Origin: an uncultured Pseudobdellovibrionaceae bacterium
GTDB lineage: Bacteria; Bdellovibrionota; Bdellovibrionia; Bdellovibrionales; UBA1609
Direction of reading: 5' to 3'
NCBI GenBank assembly: GCA_963803705.1
Contig: CAWDNU010000004.1
Span: 399,943 to 463,942, forward strand
DNA: 64,000 bases
A model generated the notes under the pieces. The model was not told where the DNA came from and made no database searches. It saw only the letters and a program-made list of their open reading frames with translations. A program made the position numbers and the translations under genes. Below are positions 58,665 through 64,000 of this stretch, one piece after another (positions within the stretch are counted from its first letter, which is position 1; each line of letters starts with the position of its first letter).

Positions 58665-59803
58665 TCGTGTCTGCCAATTTGAATTTAGAACATTTTGAAA
58701 CCTATAGCTCTTATATTCCGGTGAGTCTTAACCTACTTAATCTACATGGATTTATTGTCGTTAACCTAACCTTGAGCGCCTTTATTATATTCAGGTATTT
58801 TCTGATGGTTTCACCCTTTCACTTTCTAAGAAATGTTTTGGTAAAGTCTAAGTTAAAGCATAAACAAATTAGGCATGAAATCAGATATTCGATCTTGTCC
58901 ACGGTTTTTTTTAGCTTAAGTGGTTACTTGATAGCGCTTTTATGGGACTTAGAACTCACAAAAATTTACTTAAAGTTTGATGAATTTGGTTATACCTATC
59001 TTCTAGTTAGCTTTTTCATTTTTGCTTTTTTTCACGAAGTATATTTTTACTTCACTCACCTTTGGATGCATCAACCCAAAATTTTTAAAAAAGTACACAG
59101 CGTGCACCACTTTTCCAATCCTACTTCACCCTGGGCCTCATTTTCGTTTCATCCTTACGAATGCCTCATTCATGCAGCATTTCTACCTTTGATGGTTATA
59201 GTTATTCCAATCCACCCTACTGTTTTAATTGGTTATTTAACTTTTATGACTTTGACTGCGATTTTTAATCATTTAGGTTTTGAAATTTTTCCCTTCAAAG
59301 CGTTCAACAAACACTTTATTTCTGGAACACACCATAGCCTTCACCATAAACACTTTAAAGGTAATTACGGGCTGTATTTTTGTTTGATTGATCGACTGCT
59401 AAAAACTGAAATTAGGCCTCTAAGTGAAACTGTGAAGCCGGGGCCGAAAAGGCCTCAACGCAACGCTATGAAGCCGGGGCCGGGAAGGCCTCAATGCGAC
59501 GCTATGAAGCCGGGGCCGGGAAGGCCTCAATGCGACGCTATGAAACCGGGGCCGGGAAGGCCTCAATGCGACGCTATGAAGCCGGGGCCGGGAAGGCCTC
59601 AATGCGACGCTATGAAACCGGGGCCGGGAAGGCCTCAATGCGACGCTATGAAGCCGGGGCCGGGAAGGCCTCAATGCGACGCTATGAAACCGGGGCCGGG
59701 AAGGCCTCAATGCGACGCTATGAAGCCGGGGCCGGGAAGGCCTCAGTGCGACGCTATGAAGCCGGGGCCGGGAAGGCCTTTAAGTGAAGCTGCGAAGTCT
59801 TGA
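58661..59803 (+). CDS. Fatty-acid-hydroxylase/sterol-desaturase-family di-iron enzyme (candidate carotenoid-modifying hydroxylase) with a tandem-repeat C-terminal tail
   Basis: The His boxes are HLWMH, HSVHH and HHSLHHKH. The core ends near ...LIDRLLKTEIRPLSE. About 10 copies of MKPGPGRPQCDA follow in frame. Confidence 0.7.
   Translation: MIVSANLNLEHFETYSSYIPVSLNLLNLHGFIVVNLTLSAFIIFRYFLMVSPFHFLRNVLVKSKLKHKQIRHEIRYSILSTVFFSLSGYLIALLWDLELTKIYLKFDEFGYTYLLVSFFIFAFFHEVYFYFTHLWMHQPKIFKKVHSVHHFSNPTSPWASFSFHPYECLIHAAFLPLMVIVIPIHPTVLIGYLTFMTLTAIFNHLGFEIFPFKAFNKHFISGTHHSLHHKHFKGNYGLYFCLIDRLLKTEIRPLSETVKPGPKRPQRNAMKPGPGRPQCDAMKPGPGRPQCDAMKPGPGRPQCDAMKPGPGRPQCDAMKPGPGRPQCDAMKPGPGRPQCDAMKPGPGRPQCDAMKPGPGRPQCDAMKPGPGRPLSEAAKS
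59432..59781. repeat. 36-bp perfect-to-near-perfect tandem repeat, ~9.7 copies, GC-rich
   Basis: The unit is ATGAA(G/A)CCGGGGCCGGGAAGGCCTCAATGCGACGCT. Full units start at 59432, 59468, 59504, 59540, 59576, 59612, 59648, 59684 and 59720, and a partial unit starts at 59756. The array is flanked by the direct repeat AGGCCT(C/T)TAAGTGAA(A/G)CTG(T/C)GAAG at about 59413 and 59773. Confidence 0.97.
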
Positions 59804-59819
59804 AACTAAAGGAGAAGCT

Positions 59820-61292
59820 ATGAAGAAAGCAATTGTGATAGGATCGGGCTTTGGCGGATTGGCGAGCGCAGTCCATCTGATTAAAAAAGGTTATGAAGTC
59901 ACTATTCTTGAAGCCAGAGACCAGTTTGGTGGCCGCGCTGGAGTTTTCAGAAAAGAAGGATTCACCTTTGACGCTGGCCCTACGGTTATCACTGCCCCCC
60001 ACCTTATCTCTGAACTTTTTGAATCACTTGATGAAAACCCCGACGAGTATTACAGATTGCTTCCCATCGACCCCTTTTATAGAATTATGTTCGATGACGA
60101 ATCTATATTCGATTATGTCGGCGAAGAAGAAAGGATTATCGAAAACGTAAGAAAGCTTAGCCCTAAAGACGTTGATGGATATAAAAAGTTGGCAGATCAC
60201 GCAAAACGTATATTCGATGTTGGTTACACAGATCTTGCCGATCAACCATTTGACACTTTTGCATCAATGCTTCGAGTAGCACCCGATATGATTAGGTTAC
60301 AAAACTATAAAAGTGTTTATTCATTGGTTTCAAAGTATATAAAAGACGAGCGTCTAAGGCAGGCATTTAGCTTCGAGCCATTACTTGTAGGAGGAAATCC
60401 TTTCAAAATTACTTCTATTTATCTTTTGATACATTGGTTAGAAAGAAAATGGGGAGTACATTTTGTTGAAGGTGGTACCACTGCGCTTATTTCAGCTTTT
60501 GTAAAATTGCTTCAAAAAAAAGGAGCAATCCTTAAGACGAACCAAAGTGTTAGTCGAATTGAAGTCCAGAACAAATCTGTTACCAATGTAATTACAACCA
60601 CAGGGGAAGTTTACTCGGCAGATGTGGTCGTGAGCAACGCAGACCCCGTAAGAGTCTACCGGGATATGATTGATTCATCCAGCAGACCTTCGATGTCTAA
60701 CAGAAAGCTAAACAAAAAAACTCATTCCATGAGTTTATTCGTAGCTTATTTTGGCACCCATAAGACTTATGAAAAGTTAGCCCACCACACTATCATTTTG
60801 GGACCTAGGTACAAAGGTCTGCTAAATGATATTTTCAGCAAAAAAATTTTAGCAGAAGATTTCAGCCTATATCTACATGCTCCAACACGAACTGATAAGT
60901 CCCTAGCGCCGGCTGGAAACGAATGTTTCTATGTATTATCACCTGTACCTAATTCACTGGGTAAGGTTGATTGGTCCACAGAAGAAAGTATTTACAAAGA
61001 AAAAATTTATAACTTTCTTGAATCAAAAATTTTAGAAAATCTTAAGTCCAACCTAAAAGTCGACCTATCAGTAACCCCTAAGTATTTTGAATATGATCTT
61101 CAAAGCGAACACGGGGCTGCTTTTGGAATTGAGCCAAGCTTTACCCAGTCAGCTTACTTCAGGTTTCATAACAGATGTAAGGATATTGGTGGTCTATACT
61201 TTGTAGGTGCTAATACGCATCCCGGCGCAGGGGTGCCTGGTGTTTTGAATTCAGCCAAAGTTATAGACAGAGTTGTACCAATGGCTTTTTAG
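59820..61292 (+). CDS. crtI: Phytoene desaturase
   Basis: MKKAIVIGSGFGGLA is the FAD-binding fold and the C-terminal motif is GANTHPGAGVPGV. An AGGAG RBS at 59810-59814 precedes the ATG at 59820. The track start at 59784 lies in the repeat flank. Confidence 0.9.
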   Translation: MKKAIVIGSGFGGLASAVHLIKKGYEVTILEARDQFGGRAGVFRKEGFTFDAGPTVITAPHLISELFESLDENPDEYYRLLPIDPFYRIMFDDESIFDYVGEEERIIENVRKLSPKDVDGYKKLADHAKRIFDVGYTDLADQPFDTFASMLRVAPDMIRLQNYKSVYSLVSKYIKDERLRQAFSFEPLLVGGNPFKITSIYLLIHWLERKWGVHFVEGGTTALISAFVKLLQKKGAILKTNQSVSRIEVQNKSVTNVITTTGEVYSADVVVSNADPVRVYRDMIDSSSRPSMSNRKLNKKTHSMSLFVAYFGTHKTYEKLAHHTIILGPRYKGLLNDIFSKKILAEDFSLYLHAPTRTDKSLAPAGNECFYVLSPVPNSLGKVDWSTEESIYKEKIYNFLESKILENLKSNLKVDLSVTPKYFEYDLQSEHGAAFGIEPSFTQSAYFRFHNRCKDIGGLYFVGANTHPGAGVPGVLNSAKVIDRVVPMAF

Positions 61293-61374
61293 TGACTTTT
61301 TTGTTGAAAAAAATTTGGTAATTACATTTGGCAGTCACAGCTGTTGCTATCATTTAAATGCATGAAGGTTAAAC

Positions 61375-62313
61375 GTGAAAAATCTTAAGATTCAAAATCC
61401 TGAACTGATGATGTTTAAACATGGCAAGTCTTTTCATTTTGCAGCTCAGGTATTTTCTAGAGATACATTCCAAAGAATAATTTATTTGTATGCTTTCTGT
61501 AGATTTATCGACGACACAGCTGATGAGCAAAAGCCAGAGTCAGCACTTAAAGATTTGACAGCCATCAATCAGATCTTAAATTCAGGACAGACTGTTGCAA
61601 GTTCAAGAGTCCCAACTGAAGCTTCAGAAATAACTGTTAAGGAATTGATTCAAAAACTTTTTGATTTTAATTTGAAAAGATCTTACTTACAAGTTTTAGT
61701 CGATGGTGCTTTATTCGACGTGAACTCTCAGAAAATAGTCACTCTAAAGGATCTTTTAAGATACTGCTATCATGTGGCAGGTGTTGTAGGTCTTATGATG
61801 TGCCCATTAATTTTAGTCTTTAAAAAAAAGGCTTTTGCTTTTGCAATTGATTTAGGGATCGGGATGCAGATCACAAATATTTGCCGGGATGTCCTTGAAG
61901 ATGCCAAAAATAACAGAACATATCTACCTTCAGATGATCTTCATATTGCTGGGCTTTCGATCGAGGATTTGAAAGTTTCAGGCCCTACCCCTGACAAGCT
62001 TAAAAACCTTATAGAAAACTATTTAAATTTAGCTGACGTTTATTATGAAAGCTCATTTTATGGTTTTGCTTACATACCTTTACGACCACGTATTGCCATT
62101 TTATATGCGTCTGAAATCTACAAAGCTATAGGCAAAAAACTAAGGCGTCAGGACTATAACGTACTGCACGGCCGAGTCTACCTTTCAAAAACTGAAAAGT
62201 TTTTCGTGTGCTTTATATCAACTTTTAAAATGCTGCATCCAAGATTCTGGTTTGCCGGCATTCATAACCCAAAACTACACACGTCCCTTCACGACCTACC
62301 CGAAGTCGATTGA
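61375..62313 (+). CDS. crtB: Phytoene synthase
   Basis: YAFCRFIDDTADE is the first Asp-rich motif, followed by YCYHVAGVVG and QITNICRDVLEDAKNNRTYLP. The start is GTG; the ATG at 61405 is an alternative. Confidence 0.9.
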   Translation: MKNLKIQNPELMMFKHGKSFHFAAQVFSRDTFQRIIYLYAFCRFIDDTADEQKPESALKDLTAINQILNSGQTVASSRVPTEASEITVKELIQKLFDFNLKRSYLQVLVDGALFDVNSQKIVTLKDLLRYCYHVAGVVGLMMCPLILVFKKKAFAFAIDLGIGMQITNICRDVLEDAKNNRTYLPSDDLHIAGLSIEDLKVSGPTPDKLKNLIENYLNLADVYYESSFYGFAYIPLRPRIAILYASEIYKAIGKKLRRQDYNVLHGRVYLSKTEKFFVCFISTFKMLHPRFWFAGIHNPKLHTSLHDLPEVD

Positions 62314-62478
62314 CAATTGACGATTGGCTGTTGGCTAAGCCTGTTAAGGATAACTAGGCCCAAATAGCGAACTACGCACAGCGTATCTAAGTTATATTTG
62401 TGCCCGTTGAAGCCGAGGTCTACTATATAAAAAGTTCGTTATTTTTTAATAACTAGTATTTTTAAAAGGCATCCAACT

Positions 62479-63225
62479 TTGACCTATTTTGATTTCTTAC
62501 TGAGTTTTATCGCAATACCTTTAGCTGTCTTAGTTGTATATACCACGCATTATCCAAATAAAGACAAAGCTTATATTCTAAAAGGTGTTGCTGTTTTATG
62601 TGGACTGGCTTTTGTGTACACAACTCCTTGGGATAATTATTTGTTGGCCAAAGAGGTATGGTGGTACGGCCCCGACCGAGTGATGTTTACTATTGGTTAT
62701 GTTCCTATAGAGGAATATAGCTTTTTCCTGCTACAAACTATATTAACTGGGCTTTGGACTCATTTAGTTTTAAATCACTCGCCCTCACTTAGACCTGCAA
62801 AACCTGATGCAAAAACTATAAATAGATTTAAATTTATAATTGCAACCGCCATTGCTGGACTGTGGATTTATGGAATCAGGTCACTATTTGTTGAACAGTC
62901 TTTTTATCTTGGACTTATATTGGCATGGGCTACACCCATAGTTTTGCTGCAATTTGTAATTGGTGGGCAGCACATTCTTAACAACATGAATTCATTTTTT
63001 TTATGTGTCATAACCCCTACTTTATACTTATGGTACGCAGATCTTTACGCTATTAATGATGGCATTTGGAGCATTTCTAAAACGTACACTATCGGTCTTG
63101 AGTTTTCAGGTTTACCCATCGAAGAGATGATATTCTTTTTGATTACCAATATCATGGTCGTTCAAGGTCTTCTATTATTTGTAATAATGAGGGACACTGT
63201 TAAAACAGTATTTAATCGCAACTAA
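62479..63225 (+). CDS. crtY: Lycopene cyclase, fused heterodimeric (CrtYc/CrtYd-type) lycopene-cyclase-domain protein
   Basis: It has seven hydrophobic helices and two copies of the cyclase-domain motif (PIEEYSFFLLQ and PIEEMIFFLITN). Length is 248 aa. Confidence 0.8.
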   Translation: MTYFDFLLSFIAIPLAVLVVYTTHYPNKDKAYILKGVAVLCGLAFVYTTPWDNYLLAKEVWWYGPDRVMFTIGYVPIEEYSFFLLQTILTGLWTHLVLNHSPSLRPAKPDAKTINRFKFIIATAIAGLWIYGIRSLFVEQSFYLGLILAWATPIVLLQFVIGGQHILNNMNSFFLCVITPTLYLWYADLYAINDGIWSISKTYTIGLEFSGLPIEEMIFFLITNIMVVQGLLLFVIMRDTVKTVFNRN

Positions 63226-63243
63226 AGCAGATGGCTCAAATCA

Positions 63244-63708
63244 ATGGTCGAATTTACCTTAGAATGTTTTTTGATTTTTTTAATTACTTTTTTAGGTATG
63301 GAATTCGCCGCCTGGTGGCTTCATAAATATGTGATGCATGGTTTTTTATGGAGCTTGCACATAGACCATCATGTGATTAACAAAAAGCGCTGGTGGCAGC
63401 TCAATGATTTTTTTGCTATTTTTTTCGCTATACCTAGTTTTTTTAGCATCCTTTTGTCATCGATCTACGGACTACCATTACTAGGGGCATTTGGTTTCGG
63501 CATCATGGCCTATGGCGGGGCTTACTTCTTTGTTCATGAAATTATAATTCACCGAAGAATCAATCTAAAAGGCTTAAACAAAGGGTTTTATATCAATGGT
63601 GTGAAAATGGCTCACCACATACACCACTCTGTTCGAACAAAAGATGGTGCTAAAAACTTTGGGATGCTGATTGTTTCATTTTCATATTTTAAAAAAAAGC
63701 CCCGCTAG
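63244..63708 (+). CDS. crtZ: Beta-carotene 3-hydroxylase
   Basis: It is 154 aa. The His motifs are HKYVMHG, HIDHH, HEIIIH and AHHIHH, in the arrangement typical of CrtZ. Confidence 0.85.
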   Translation: MVEFTLECFLIFLITFLGMEFAAWWLHKYVMHGFLWSLHIDHHVINKKRWWQLNDFFAIFFAIPSFFSILLSSIYGLPLLGAFGFGIMAYGGAYFFVHEIIIHRRINLKGLNKGFYINGVKMAHHIHHSVRTKDGAKNFGMLIVSFSYFKKKPR

Positions 63709-63792
63709 TCAAGCTGAACAGGCCAAGGCATTTGGTTTGCTTTAAGGCTAAAATATTTACCGTACTATGAGCATGTTTGGCTCTAAGATAAT

Positions 63793-64000
63793 CTAAAGTA
63801 TGTCACCAACTAAGTCTTTAAAAAGGCTATCTGAAGATTCAATTTGAGGGGATGACCAAAGTTCGCTTAAGTTTTTGTCGATTTTTATGTCTGATCTTAA
63901 ATCCGAATTTTTTATAACATATTTTATAGTTACGTCTGGATTGTCTTCTTTTAAATTCAATGCTTTTTTGTAGTCGCTAAATAATTTGTCTAATACTAAA
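63793..64000 (-). CDS. Hypothetical protein, C-terminal fragment (N-terminus beyond the window)
   Basis: My translation of the minus strand gives ...LVLDKLFSDYKKALNLKEDNPDVTIKYVIKNSDLRSDIKIDKNLSELWSSPQIESSDSLFKDLVGDIL with the stop at 63793-63795. I recognise no family. Confidence 0.3.
   Translation of the reverse strand, partial: LVLDKLFSDYKKALNLKEDNPDVTIKYVIKNSDLRSDIKIDKNLSELWSSPQIESSDSLFKDLVGDIL

Noticed and set aside
59432-59781. Possibility that the 36-bp array is a CRISPR locus
   Set aside because: The repeats are directly adjacent with no spacers. No cas genes are nearby. The array is in frame with a coding sequence.
59420-59787. ORFs 59420-59710 (minus) and 59494-59787 (plus) with repetitive RPSRPR... 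and MRRYEAGAGKAS... products
   Set aside because: They are artefacts of the 36-bp tandem array, which is open in every frame. Only the frame continuous with the hydroxylase His-box core has upstream coding support.
59784-59819. Track start (59784) for crtI, giving MKLRSLETKGEA upstream of MKKAIVIGSGFGG
   Set aside because: The ATG at 59820 is preceded by an AGGAG RBS at 59810-59814 and gives the canonical N-terminal FAD-binding fold. The longer start lies in the repeat flank and overlaps the upstream gene.
1-64000. Search by eye for tRNA, rRNA, tmRNA or known riboswitch-like sequences in the intergenic regions
   Set aside because: Nothing resembling tRNA cloverleaf termini, rRNA conserved blocks or a riboswitch core that I recognise was seen. 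A tRNAscan/Infernal run would be needed to be certain.

Overview
The window is a visibly AT-rich bacterial chromosomal segment with about 46 protein-coding genes. I found no rRNA, tRNA or CRISPR array. The gene content includes many secreted hydrolases and S1 proteases, giant lipoprotein adhesins, Tex and MotAB. It resembles a low-GC Bdellovibrio-like predatory proteobacterium, but that assignment is inference only.

Layout:
- **1-13.6 kb, mostly housekeeping:** an MscS-type channel (partial), pyrC, alpha/beta hydrolases, a thioredoxin/TPR-like protein, a nitroreductase, tex and an EamA transporter.
- **13.6-18.9 kb, accessory-looking patch:** an S1 protease, a decayed IS3-family transposase, an ORF interrupted by a single in-frame TAG, and small secreted proteins or lipoproteins.
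- **19.0-47.8 kb, the standout region:** 13 co-directional minus-strand genes. These are motA-motB, a GYF-domain membrane protein, a 1199-aa coiled-coil protein, a LysM lipoprotein, an OM barrel, and three giant lipoproteins of 1964, 1083 and 2304 aa built from Ig-like, Fn3, NHL-like and FG-GAP modules. They are followed by a frameshifted PEGA/TPR lipoprotein, a membrane-anchored FliG-like protein and another barrel-like protein. I read this as a candidate non-flagellar, stator-powered envelope or surface machine. That reading is a hypothesis.
- **47.9-55 kb:** a Fur-family regulator, MscS, a retropepsin-like / transglutaminase-7TM / RimK-like ATP-grasp cassette of unknown function, a GbsR-like regulator, an SDR-SRPBCC fusion and pterin carbinolamine dehydratase.
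- **55.9-63.7 kb, carotenoid operon:** a crtE-like gene, an ABC exporter pair, a fatty-acid-hydroxylase-family enzyme, crtI, crtB, a lycopene cyclase and crtZ. The hydroxylase gene carries a GC-rich 36-bp tandem repeat of about 9.7 copies translated in frame at its 3' end.

All functional calls come from motif recognition by eye. No searches were run.
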